This document shows, one piece after another, positions 1 to 11,741 of a stretch of 64,000 nucleotides of DNA (positions are counted from its first letter, which is position 1; every line of letters starts with the position of its first letter). The stretch lies in contig OZ281496.1 of assembly GCA_965637545.1 (NCBI GenBank), forward strand, positions 6,882,001 to 6,946,000, in the 5' to 3' direction. The notes below the pieces were generated by a model. The model was not told the DNA's origin. It saw nothing but the letters and a program-made list of their open reading frames with translations, and ran no database searches. The translations under genes and the position numbers were made by a program. This DNA comes from Phallusia mammillata (Eukaryota).

Positions 1-2066
1 TGTGATTTTGTTTACCGCAAAAACAAACTAATCAAAGAAATCATAAACTGTTGTGGCACTGTAATAAATACATCCGCGTCACAAAGACAAGAAAAATATG
101 TATTTCTGTCAAAAAAAAAAGTTTATGTGACGCGTAGTATAATGGACATGTGTATAAGGTTTTAGTAAGTTATGGTACATAGTAGTTCTTAAGTTTTATA
201 ATAGAAGTGCCACACAACCAGTTTGCTGCGAAAGGATGCTTGGTGTGGGGCAGTGCAACTGTAACCGAAAAAAATCGAGATAATCAATTCACAACCAATG
301 TAACAATACAACATATGGACAATTATTGCAGCAGTGCTCAATAGTGTTTTGTGTTTCCTACTCATTTTCAATTTAGTTCATTTGTTTCGTGGATTCTTAA
401 ATTATTGTAAGTGTGACTTCAGTGCATTAAAACGTACACAGCCTAATAATTCAAATCAGTACTCTTTAAACTTTTTAGTGACACGGACCCATAAGGTGTT
501 TTGTCAACCCCCCCAAAAAATATTATGACCATTTTAGTTTTACTGAAAATTCACTGAAGTGCATTTCCATGTTGCTTGGATTGTTTTGTTTTTTTTTCTC
601 GCAATTCGTATACAGGGTAGCGAGACTTTGGTTATTATGTCACAATTGATCATTTATCTAGAATTTAGATTGCACATGGAGCGTTACTGTCCGTAACAAT
701 ATATTATGAATCATTTCTGTTTAAATTGTTGCATCAAACCTCGTAGAAGCACTGCGGATTCCTTAGAATTCCCGAAAACCCTGTAACCGTTACATGATAG
801 AACCCCAAGGAGCCTGGGGTTATTGAACACGCTTGTTCTACGATTTAGAAAACATTACTCAGAAAAGTTGAGTGAGTCAACGCCAGTCTTATATTTCCCA
901 CGTCCACGCGGAGATAAATCAACTGGAATCAAAAAACCCCTTCCAAGCTTGCTTCCTGCTTAATATTAATTGAGATGCAATGCACAGGAGCACGAACTGG
1001 GAACTACCCTGTTGGTGCATTAAGTTTGCCTCCTGGTTCAACTTTCGCTTAGACTGTGATGTGATTTTGTTTACCGCAAAAACAAATTAATCAAAGAAAC
1101 TGAAGTAGCCTATATACATCCGCGTTAAGGGCTGTGATGTCAATTGTTTACTGCAGACAAAAATTAACAAAATAAAAAATCTATACATCGTAATAAAGTG
1201 CGACAGAAAATGTGGAAATCTACTTAAATTTAACCGTTGAACTATTTGACTTCCTGGCGAGATTTGAGCGAGCTCGTCGAAACAAGCTAATTTCGTAAAC
1301 AACAGTTGCCAAATTTCTACCGTTGCAATTGCTGCATGGTAATATTAACTTGAGTTCACTTGTATTGTTGAATGGAAACAACGGCCAGCTAATGGTGTAG
1401 TGAAAACTCATCAGTTTGTAATTTATGTGGGCGTTAACACTTGGCTACATAAACCAATCGGTGGCCTTGAAATGAAAGCCGACTAATTACCTGGCAAAAT
1501 ATGTTGCACACACTTTTGTTTTCATGGTACAACTGCAGCTTACAGCATTTTCTTTGCAGTCCTTATGAAGTCACAGTGGTGCTTTATTGGAGATGAAAAC
1601 GATCCAATTTTGTAATCGCCCCATCCAAGCACCCCTGATTGATATTAATTGAGGAGCAAGGCACGGTAGCACGAACTGGGAACTACCCCGTTGGTGCATT
1701 AAGTTTGCTTCCTGGTTCAACTTTCGCGTAGACTGTGATGTGATTTTGTTTACCATAAAAACAAATTAATCAAACAAAATTTAAACTGTTATGACACTGG
1801 AGTAAAACAAGAAAATTTAAAAATCAAAAAACAAGAAAATTTAAAAATCGGTATCGAATTGTTGCTACAACTAAAAATCAACTGAGATGCAAAATGTGGC
1901 GCAAATTATGTATTTCTATCAAAAAAAAAGTTTATGTGACGCGTAGTATAATGGACATGTTTATAAGGTTTTAGTAAGTTATGGTACATAGTAGTTCTTA
2001 AGTTTTATAATAGAAGTGCCCCACAACCAGTTTGCTGTGAAACGATGCTTGGTGTGGCGCAGTGCA
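1..2066 (+). repeat. Local direct duplications: 99-257 ~ 1908-2066; 1-60 ~ 1041-1098 ~ 1741-1800; ~935-1100 ~ 1620-1775
   Basis: Near-identical blocks read directly, e.g. gtttatgtgacgcgtagtataatggacatg at ~121 and ~1930, and agcacgaactgggaactaccc at ~990 and ~1668. Confidence 0.85.
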
Positions 2067-2179
2067 CACCCGTGCATTTAAACATTCGTTTAGTTCGACG
2101 CACCTAAGCCCCCCAGTGTCAAATAAAAAATAAGTGGTGATTTAATTGGGTCGTCCATTACAGTAGTTCACAAAGCTTT

Positions 2180-2497
2180 TTAAGAACTGAGTACCGCTTA
2201 TTGTGTATTTGTTTGACGGTTTGGCTTACGTATTCGTGCAGATTCTCTTTACTTAGATGACTGTAATGACTTTACAAGTATCAAAGTTTTCTTAATGTGT
2301 TGTTCAAAACAAATAAAAAAGATTATAAGTTTTCATAGTTTGTCCTATTCAACATTTGTTTGTCCAAAAATTATTATTTTTTCTTTAATCTATATCGGAA
2401 CGAATTGCGAGGAACCTTGTCGAACGAAACGACTCCATTTGAATATGCTGATTCGTTAAAAAACTTGGATTCAACACTTATGATATTTTCTCGCTAA
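2180..2497 (+). pseudogene. Last two exons of an intelectin-like (fibrinogen-related lectin) paralog
   Basis: ~2240-2277 gives RIRADSLYLDDCNDFT. ~2390-2497 gives ...GTLSNETTPFEYADSLKNLDSTLMIFSR*. Both are homologous to exons at 6239-6327 and 6397-6500 and resemble the intelectin C-terminus (CGDF...AVLLFYR). Confidence 0.65.
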
Positions 2498-2624
2498 ATG
2501 GATCTTAAATTGGGTCACTTTTACTGCTTTTCATGGCAATATTGATCAGTTTCTCCTTATGTGTAAAAATTTTGCTGATATATGTCGTTGATATGAAATA
2601 AGCTATTGCTGCCAGGCATAATGT

Positions 2625-2702
2625 ATGACCAAGTATTGCTCATCCAGCAGTTTTATTGTAAGTAATTACAATAAAACTGCTGGATGAGCAATACTTGGTC
2701 AT
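2625..2702. repeat. Perfect 37-bp inverted repeat (GTAA loop) made of a Penelope-like element terminus
   Basis: Arms 2625-2661 and 2666-2702 are exact reverse complements. 2628-2661 is identical (34/34) to 10127-10160. Confidence 0.9.
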
Positions 2703-2829
2703 GTCGTTGATATGTTTGACCGTCCGTGTTTGCAATACTTAATTCTGTATTCTGTTCTGTTTATAATGGAGAGTCGATAATCACGACTTTATGCGGAATA
2801 TGTTATAATACATTCACAATGTTGATTAT

Positions 2830-5800
2830 TTCAAATACACCAATGATGGCTTTGCTATTAACAGACTGTGTTTGATCACTTCTGTGACCATATTTTATCA
2901 TTTTCGCAAGCAAAACACGCAACGTAATTTAGCGCTAAGATCTACCAGGGTCAACTAAAATAAAAAGGCCTGTCATACAGATCGTTTGAATTAATTCGTT
3001 AAAAGGAGGCAAGCTCTTTATACACCGAAACGAAACTTGCAACTATTGTCATACTACTATCAACGACAACTTCAATATAACAGAAACATATGAGGATTTG
3101 TGGTTTCTCACGGCGTCAAACAAAGACAAAACCTATCTGAGTAAGCAACATTTCTGCTTGTATTCTAAAAAAAACACTTCTTTGCAGATTACCAAAATTG
3201 GATAAACACAAACACATTCAGGACATTTGATACGCGCACACAAGAACGGACTTGGTCCAGTTTAAGTCGTCGAGTTTATTATGAAATATCAGAAAGTCGA
3301 GTTTATTATGAATATCAGGCGAGTATCCTGTGGTGACTGCACTGTGTTGATAATCCGAATGTTACGTGTTTAGGGAAAAGACATAATGTTAAGTCATGTG
3401 CAAAACCACTGGACGTCAGTAGAGAGCAGAGTTTTCTGCAGTATCAAACTGAAAACGGATTTTGGCCAATTTATGGAGGAAACTTGCATGAAACGTTCAA
3501 CAATCATTATCCACTTGAACCTGCAAACAGTAGGACAAATATGAGCTTTGTTCATTAGTTTGAAACACGAATCAACGAAGTATAAACAAGGCAACCAGGG
3601 CTTGTTTTTGGCTGTTGTACATGCAAAAAACACGTAAGCAATTAATGTGATTCCAGCCCACTAAACGCCAGTCTGTGAAGATCTGAAACAATAACTATTT
3701 CAATTATTTTCAACAATTTTATTTCCAAATATCTGTTTGTATCTCGGGCCAACATCTTGTTACCATCTGCACTGAACCCGTGCATGTCGAAACAGTGTGC
3801 ACTACCTCTGCATATTACCTATATTTCAGTTTTTACATTGCCAGTTTTTTATCCCGATGTGACGTCGATGTTGGAGCGACTTGCGGCAAAATCCATAGAG
3901 ATCACAAATTTAATCACTGATTTCTATTTTTACGATTATGGTACTGGTGTTGATCGTCCTTATCAGCTGCCCGATAGCAGTTTATTTATGTATTCTGGAA
4001 TGCGGCTAAGCAATTAAATCGCCATTTGTTTGTGTAATTAGGATAAAACTGTTGATTTAGATTGAAAGCGTCACACGGCGAGAGCGTTATCCAGATATAG
4101 ATCAAATTGTTGAAGAATCTATTTTCATAACGGAGAGGATTATAGGTTGGTAAAAGATATGATGATTTTTGTTGTACTTATTTTTTTTGGGGGGGTTCTA
4201 AACAATACAGATGTGATTTTGGTAATTTCGTGTGATCTAGCCGCAAAATGCATCCCCTTTTGCCTTGTTTGCTGTGGGAAACTTTGATCACTGTTACGAC
4301 TTTTTCTTTTTTGAGGTAAATACATAATGCGTTGATATATTGTCCAATTCAAAGGTTTCCTTTCTCCTTAATTTATTAGGTTTATGCTTCTTGACCCCAA
4401 AATGATTTTAAAGTTGTATACATAGGAAAATCACACTCTCAACAATTTATTTTTACATTATGAAGCAGGATGTAGATATGGGTCAACAATGAATACCAGC
4501 TTGTGTGATGTTTTGTTTTTCGTCATGAATACTAAGGTAAGTGCGGTCTTTAGGAACTTACTTTAGTTCTTCATTGACTTCTGTAAGATGTGGCGTAATG
4601 AAATTGGCTGACCAGTTGTTTGTGAAGTTTAAGATAATATTTAACCACGTATATATTTTTTTTCACACAATAAAAAGGGAACGTTCAGAAGACCATGGCT
4701 TCAGCCCCTTTACATAATGGGTGTATTTGATTTTAAGACTTAAATCAGGAAACCTGATCGAAACATCTTTTGCATCAATTAAGAAATCTTAGTGCACGAT
4801 CAAGATTTTCCATAATTATCGAACTTGTATCTATTTATTTATAGGAGTAATTCGAAAACCCTATTATAGAATTGTACAACTACACACACAGAACTAGCTA
4901 TGATTTTGGATGGAGAATTAATGAAGCGGTCTCCAACACACTTTTGGGTTACACACTGGTTGCAAGGTGCACTTCTTGTCAAGTAATATGAAATTATTGA
5001 TTTTTTGATGTTTGACTCGATAGGAAAAATGGAGTTTTAATACCAGAATCAGAGGTCAACGCTTTCACCTACAAAATATTGGAAATTATGTCGGACATAA
5101 CCTTTTGTGAGTATTGTTTTGGTAGCAACACATTCAGTACAATTATACTGTTTTTATATTTATGGCTTGTTGCAAAAAATAATCAACCATCAATGTTAAA
5201 TTATTTTTCAAATCTTATCTGCATTTCATAACTGAAGCTTTCTGGCACTTTTTGTCACTTCAGGTCCAAATTGTTTCTATGGTGACGACGTACTTTCAGT
5301 ACCAGTTCAACTTTCCATCGGAAACGATTCAGTGGTTAACTCGATGATGCCACCAAGTGTAAAACCTCTACCGACCGGATTTGTTCAGTTTCGTGCTTGT
5401 GGAAGACATGGGAGCAGTGGCGTAGCAGCCACTTGGCGGTTCTGGCTCTGCGCCAGGGGCGGCAGGCTGCAAGGGGGCGGCAAAATGAGATAAAAGTCAA
5501 TATTTTTCAAAAAACGTTGTTTTGTTCTTATAAAAAAGGAAATTTTATCAGGATTCTGAATTTGTAACCTTTTTTCATAATTCAAATTATTTATTTTCAA
5601 ATCTCACTTCAAAGTGAGGCACCAAAGACCTTTAGGGGCACCCCCAGTTGTAAAGCACACAGAACATGGTTGTCTCTTACAAACACAAGTCCCTTGAGGA
5701 AAAAAATAACTCAAACAGCTAGATTCAACCATTTCCAACAGGCTTTCGCTGGAGCGAGAAACTAATCTTTGTTTTTCCAGTGAACTCAGTATCAGTGAGG

Positions 5801-6500
5801 TTGTGGTATGAAAAGATGTTGCTCTTTGTGCTAGGAATTCTGAGACGCGGCACATTATTTGTAATTATTTTTATTGAAAAGATTGCTTGAACATGAAACT
5901 ATTTCAAAATTTGCTGCAGTCTACTTAGGGCGGCATTTTCAACGAAAGCCAGGGGCGGCAGCATATGCTCCTACGCCACTGCATGGGAGCGTATACGCAA
6001 TGTGTCCTGCTGTTGTATAAGTACTGTATATTCAACAGTATCAGGAACCCAATCGTATTACTAGGTTATTGTTATAGTTGCAGATCAACATTTAAAAAAT
6101 TGTTTCAAAAAAATTTCACGATTTTCGTGCCGCGTTTGTTTGTGACTTCATAGGTGATCATTAAATAGGGGTAAAATTCATCTGATATAAGCACGGTTTT
6201 TTTTAGAAATCAAACACTAACTGGTGTGAATAGTCTAGAGTGAACCATTGGAGAAGCGAATTTGTGTGTATTGGTGGAATGAAGAATCCAGACTATCGCT
6301 ACTTGGAAGACTGTAGTGATTTTACTCGTAATTTGTTGTTGTTGCGTTTTTATTATGAATAATTTTCGTTTTAATTTTTTTTTTGTTTAAAAATAGACTG
6401 AAACGGATTACATGGAACCACGTTAAACGAAACGACTCCAGTTGATTATGCTCATTCTCAGAGAGATTTGGATTCGACAATTATGATATTTTATCGTTAA
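2830..6500 (+). pseudogene. Multi-exon intelectin-like pseudogene
   Basis: Exon translations track intelectin motifs in order: DYQNWINTNTF (~3190); KPLDVSREQSFLQYQTENGFWPIYGGNLHETFNNHYPL (~3403-3530); GPNCFYGDDVLSVPVQLSIGNDSVVNSMMPPSVKPLPTGFVQFRACGRHG//SVYAMCPAV (5264-~6012, split by a MITE); WRSEFVCIGGMKNPDYRYLEDCSDFT (~6239-6327); D*NGLHG...DSTIMIFYR* (6397-6500). Lesions: TGA at 6399-6401, the MITE insertion, frameshifts. Confidence 0.8.
5415..5981. mobile_element. hAT-type MITE inserted in an intelectin coding exon
   Basis: 11-bp TIR CAGTGGCGTAG...CTACGCCACTG; perfect 8-bp TSD CATGGGAG (5407-5414, 5982-5989). Confidence 0.93.
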
Positions 6501-8642
6501 TAAGATTTAAATAACAATTAGGATGAGAAGATTTTGTAAATTGATTAAACAATCTATCCCACCAAAGTAATGATGATAACCTTTCACGTATAATAATGTG
6601 ACATTATGTAGTGTCAAGTACTTAAACATAATATTTAAACCTTTTTATTTGTAACTTTGCAAAAATGTATCAAAAACAAGCACTGGACGGTAAAACCTTT
6701 ATACAAAAAAATTCTCACTAGTTTAATAAAGTTTGGCATCGAATAAACTAGTATGATTCTTTTTATACGTTTGCTAATTCCCTACTATAAAATTTTCATT
6801 CGCGTTAATATTAAAACTCTTTTTGTGTGTGATGATGTTACGCTGTAACTCTTTGCTTATTTCTTAAATAATCGGATCGTGCCGGCAAAAAATATACTGA
6901 AACATTCTGCCAGGACACTGTCCACAGTTTAAGGTTTATTGTAAGTGATCCATCATTTCAACTCAAGTCTGTAAAGAAAAGTATAACCAATAAGATTGTT
7001 TGAATAGTGCTTTGGAAAAATGCTTCTCTGTTACATGCAAAGGGATCTTTAAAAAACAAACTTAACCTAATAATAAAATAACTTGTTTTTAGTTTTCCAG
7101 AATTTTTTTGTTCTAGTACTTTGGAATCCGTTTGTCAACTAAATGATTTGAAACAAAATCAATGTTCTCGATTCACACGACCTAAAAGGTCCCCATAATG
7201 TTGCTGGTGATAAGAATTGACCGTATAAGGTCGTATTGCTGCAACCAAATCTCTACAGAATCTTCAAGGACCTATTTATAATTTGTTGGTGACTTTTCAA
7301 CAAATTTAGGGGATTTGTGGTGGGAAAACAGCGTCATTAATGCTTAAATGCGCGTTAGTATGTCACGATTACGAATCATGATGATGAGTCACATCGCGTA
7401 TGATCTGGTGGTACGTTATTTGTAGGTTTAAATTTTAAAGATTACATCAACACATAGCTGATGCAAAACTGTTCATTGTTCTATTGTTAACACAGTTTTA
7501 TTAAAATAATTTGCGTACTAACTCTTTGTCTAGTTTTTTTGAAACTCTGTTTCCTACTGGTGTTTTCGGAGAAACTTCTAATGTTACCTTTTACTCCCAG
7601 TTTCACTCTGAAATGAAAAAGCAGGTTGGGCATCTCTTCATTACTGCGAACTTTTTAAAAATCTTATTTATTCCTAAAATTGTTTGCAAGGTAGTATATA
7701 TTTATGCAAAAATAACACGAAATGGCTGCATTTGAAGGGTATTGCTCTCTGTGGTTTATTGCACTGCAAACATAAATTTGAAAAACAAAGTTGACACATA
7801 ACTATTTTGCAACGCTACCCCCCCCCCCCCCCCCCCCTGTCATCTGCCATCCGTGCAACGCGTGACAAGGGTTGTCGACACCTGTGTTGAAGGAAGTACG
7901 CACTTGTTTGGATTGACAGCAGTATGTAGTTGAGGGACAAAGAAGGTGTGCTATATTAAAAAGTTAAGTTGATAGTATGAATACTATTCGCTTCTGTTAA
8001 TCTTTTCGATGCACAGATGGAAGTATTTACTTTTAAAACACTGGTTATTTCACTTATGTGCAAGAAATAAGGAAGCAGATGCGCTTAGCAAACTGTCAAA
8101 TGTCGTTAAGACCACCCTGTTTTTAGCTTATGGTGATTTGATTATAGTGGTGATCTTTACGTTCACAATATTTTTAACAGATTTTCTTAGTCACTTAGAT
8201 ATTTCAACCTGCATACCCCAGTATACTAAGGTGTCGCGAGTGATTGCCAAGTGTGCCTTGAAGAATATTTATTTCAGAATCTTCTTGCATATGTTCGAAA
8301 TGCCTTGCACATATCAAGAATTTTACTTTAAATTTCTTACCAAAAGCAATGTCATTTTATTTTTGATACTTTTTTCGTTTCGATTAAACACATATTTTAA
8401 GTTTCTGTTTAAGCTAACTGTTGTTGGCTGATGAAGTGGTTGTGTCATGAGTCATAGCAGCCAGTCATAAGTCTTAGCAGCCATGGGGCGTAGCAGCCAG
8501 AGCTTGTACGATTACATAGCAACACGTGATGTGAGAGAGTGCAAGACAAAATATATACTAGACCAAACTAACTAAATCACGTAGCTAACGATGAAATCCA
8601 GTAATTGTTTTTACGTTTAGCAGATTTTGGCAGGAATTAAAC

Positions 8643-9270
8643 ATGAATCATGATTATGAGAATAATGATGCTGGTGCTTACAAAAATATTGGATTGAATC
8701 GAGGTGACATTCGACAAGCTGCAACTAACAAAAAGAAAACAGGTACATTGTTCGAAAAAGACATTTAAACAATCGTTGTTAAAAATATTTTTAGATGTGC
8801 AAAACGATTCCATATTAACTGATTTTTATTAATAAGCTTTAACAGGCCCACTATTTTGCACTATAAAAACGTAATAAAGGATTAAGTAATAAAAACTTTA
8901 TTTATGAAGTATTTTACACAGGGCTTATTTTTCAGATGAATATGTTCCAATGAAATCTACAGTTGAAATTGTTCATGATTATGGTAAGTGAGTTTTTAAA
9001 ACCCCTAAAACAAAAAAACAAACAATTTAGGCCATAAGTTTAATTTTCACTACCCTTCTAAGTTTGTTAACGTTTTCCCTTTTTCCTGATGAACGTTTTT
9101 ATGTTCATTGTGTATACTACGCAGAACCTGTTACAATTTCAAGTATTCAACCTCAAGAAAAGTCTTCAAAAACTGTAATCATCGTCTTAGTTTCTGTAAT
9201 CGTACTCCTTGTTGTTTTATTATTAGTTGTTGCATTAGTCTTTTCCCTTACAAATTTTAACGCGAGTTAA
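8643..9270 (+). CDS. Three-exon gene for a small membrane protein with N-terminal Tyr motifs and one TM helix; exons 8643-8742, 8936-8983, 9125-9261 (or to stop at 9270)
   Basis: Phase-consistent GT-AG splicing gives MNHDYENNDAGAYKNIGLNRGDIRQAATNKKKT-DEYVPMKSTVEIVHDY-EPVTISSIQPQEKSSKTVIIVLVSVIVLLVVLLLVVALVFSLTNFN(AS*). The exons are conserved in copy B. Confidence 0.7.
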
Positions 9271-10126
9271 TCACTGATTCTTGATTCTGTTGTTTATCTG
9301 CATTGCATTTATATTGTTTGATTTGTTTTTTGTATAATTTTTATAATTTCTCATGTTTTTAGCAATTGTCTATTGTCACATTTGATGCGCTTTAATCTTA
9401 ATTTACTTGATCAATAACAATAATGTTGTGTTGTAAAAGCTTGCTACATTATTGATTAATTCAATTGTAAATGCATCAAGGGCGTTCGTACTAGCAAACA
9501 AATGCTGTGGTATTTCTGCTGTTTCTATTGCATGTTAGATTGCAAGAGGCGTGGTTTTTCGTGCACTTAAAAAGTGGTACATCGAAATGATTAGTTTACA
9601 TCGATATTTTGGTGTCTGTTTGTTTGTTTGCTTCAGTTATCTGTTTGGTACTAGCCGAAAACGACGAAAACGCTTAGTGCACAAAATCATTTATTAACTA
9701 ATATAGTTAGTAGATAATAAGTAAGCGTTTAATGCACATTGATACAGTGGTATGATATTGTTATATGCGCTCAAGCAGCATATTCCTGCTTAAAATCAAA
9801 TCCATTGTTTCAAAGTATTGGTAGCTGATCCCATGAACAGTATGGGTTGCAATGCACATGAGTAAGTGCAACGATAAACAAATTTGGGACCATCCAGTTA
9901 AATTGTTTGTTACATTTCACTGAACAAAAATCTAACCCAATTAAAATAAAGATTTATCATGAGCAGGTCAGCGTTTGTAATGTATCAGATACAGTTCGTG
10001 TGCAACCTTATGTGAAAATTATATTAGAGGTATAACGGTACACTTGCAGAATGAATTTCGATTAACTTGTTAATGATACATTTTCTTAAAATTGCTTCTT
10101 CTTTCTGTTGGACATGTTATTGTCTT

Positions 10127-10555
10127 ACCAAGTATTGCTCATCCAGCAGTTTTATTGTAAACAATCGACGTTTCGGGGGGTGCAAACTCGCACCACCGTA
10201 GCGATAAAACAAGCTCAGTGGTGTAAAAGCGACCGATAATTTATCGGCATTAAAACATCTGTTTTAACTTTCATTGTGTTGGCGCGTGAATGGATGTTCC
10301 AGGACTCTAGGAAACTTCGCTTGTGATAATCAGTTTCCTTCACCAACACCTGAGCAGCAGAAACATTAATGCTGTGGTGGTGAGTCGTTGCATGGTTTGC
10401 CAACGCTGATTTCTTTGCATCATTGTTGCACACATCCCTTTCGTGCTCCTTCCGGCGCGTATTTAGACTTCTACCAGTCTCACCAATGTATATTTCGTCA
10501 CACTCCCCGCACGGTATAGCATACACCACACCCCTAGTTGCAGTAGCATCTAGAG
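10127..10555 (-). mobile_element. Penelope-like element 3' fragment (GIY-YIG endonuclease plus terminus); continues at 19623-~19655 beyond the MITE
   Basis: GVVYAIPCGECDEIYIGETGRSLNTRRKEH...KSALANH...LESWNI is a PLE GIY-YIG domain. Removing the MITE restores LSHPKYPLDATATRGVVY. Confidence 0.9.
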
Positions 10556-10930
10556 CAGGGACGGGCAACTTCTCCAGTTGGCGGGCCTGATATGGGAAAA
10601 AGAAGTACTTGGCGGGCCGGATTCCTGAATCGATACATTAATCGCGTATTTATCCAGTGATTTAAAACCGATTTTTGACCACCTAAACCAAATACATTCA
10701 AGAACATCACAAATACAATACAGTCCAAACAATCTAACTGATGTAACATAAAATTATCCACCACAGCAAATTTAATTCATACACCACAGACTTGCTGAAA
10801 CACTAACTAGGCTACGCGTGTTGAAACAAAGGAATCCGTGAAAGCAGGCCACACACATGGTTGGCAGTTATGTCGTAACAATGGACTTATGGTTTAATGG
10901 TAACAACGGTGGGAAAGTTTTTACTATTGG

Positions 10931-11657
10931 TGTTACGGACAAATTCACAATATTTAAATGTGATTTTTATGCTTTCTTTCCCAAGTGCAACCATGCTTAA
11001 CGTCTATTCCCAAGTGCATTGTTCTTTGTTAGTTTTGGGCCAATCCTAACTTTTATATGCGGTCATGTGACTAAAACGTGCTTGGACTTAGCCACACCTT
11101 GTTCTAAAAGTGCAGTTTGTATGTTTTAGTGCAGTAATCTGTTAGAATCGACTTAGTTTAAATGTTTGTGTGTTAACCAAATGTCAGCAAGTTTACAAGT
11201 ATGTTAATGTATAGCCATGTGAAGTGTTTCTAGTAACTTTTCGTTTGTTATTGTTGTTTGAATGTTTAGACGATAAAGCCAACACCATAATGTCAAACAC
11301 CTAGGTACTGTGAACTTCAGAAATCTCAACTGCTCAAGTGCTTAACTGCTCAACTGCTCAACTGCTCAACTGCTCAACTGTCTCAATTTCCTCTATTCTG
11401 TATAGTCTTGACATCCACTGTGGCGCAATTCAGCTGTTTTGGATCTTGGATACGAACTGTATTTGTTGTCATTCGTGCACTGTTCTTGCACCTTCATCGC
11501 CATAATATAACACTGAAAACCACAGTTTGTGCAGTCTAGAGGGCAGTTGTGAATTACTGACTCATTGTACCTGATGATGGTACCAACGAAGGCATTAGCC
11601 TAGGTTTGCCTAAAGTGAGCTTAGGCCGTGACTAGTCCTAAAATTTTGGACGTCACA
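10931..11657 (+). repeat. 5' LTR (727 bp)
   Basis: TGTTACGGAC...GGACGTCACA; four AACTGCTC units. Confidence 0.97.
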
Positions 11658-11741
11658 TCATTTCTGAAGAAGCCAGACCCCTTTCTATTAAGAAAGGGTG
11701 TCTGAAATCTGCTGTCTGGCATTAGTGGTGTTGCAAATACA

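Noticed and set aside
7818-7837. 20-nt poly-C run as a G-quadruplex or regulatory element
   Set aside because: An isolated homopolymer with no supporting context; its length is error-prone.
8009-8431. 140-aa ORF upstream of the membrane-protein gene
   Set aside because: AT-rich F/L/I-biased sequence, no motif, not preserved as an ORF in copy B.
8655-8690. ITAM in the Tyr-motif protein
   Set aside because: YENN-x4-YKNI does not fit YxxL/I-x6-8-YxxL/I.
11571-11592. CTGATGA-TGGTACCA-ACGAAGG in the LTR as a hammerhead ribozyme
   Set aside because: GAAG instead of GAAA, and no convincing stems I or III.
11726-11740. TGGTGTTGC as a tRNA primer-binding site
   Set aside because: About 70 nt from the LTR end; functional PBSs lie within a few nt of the LTR.
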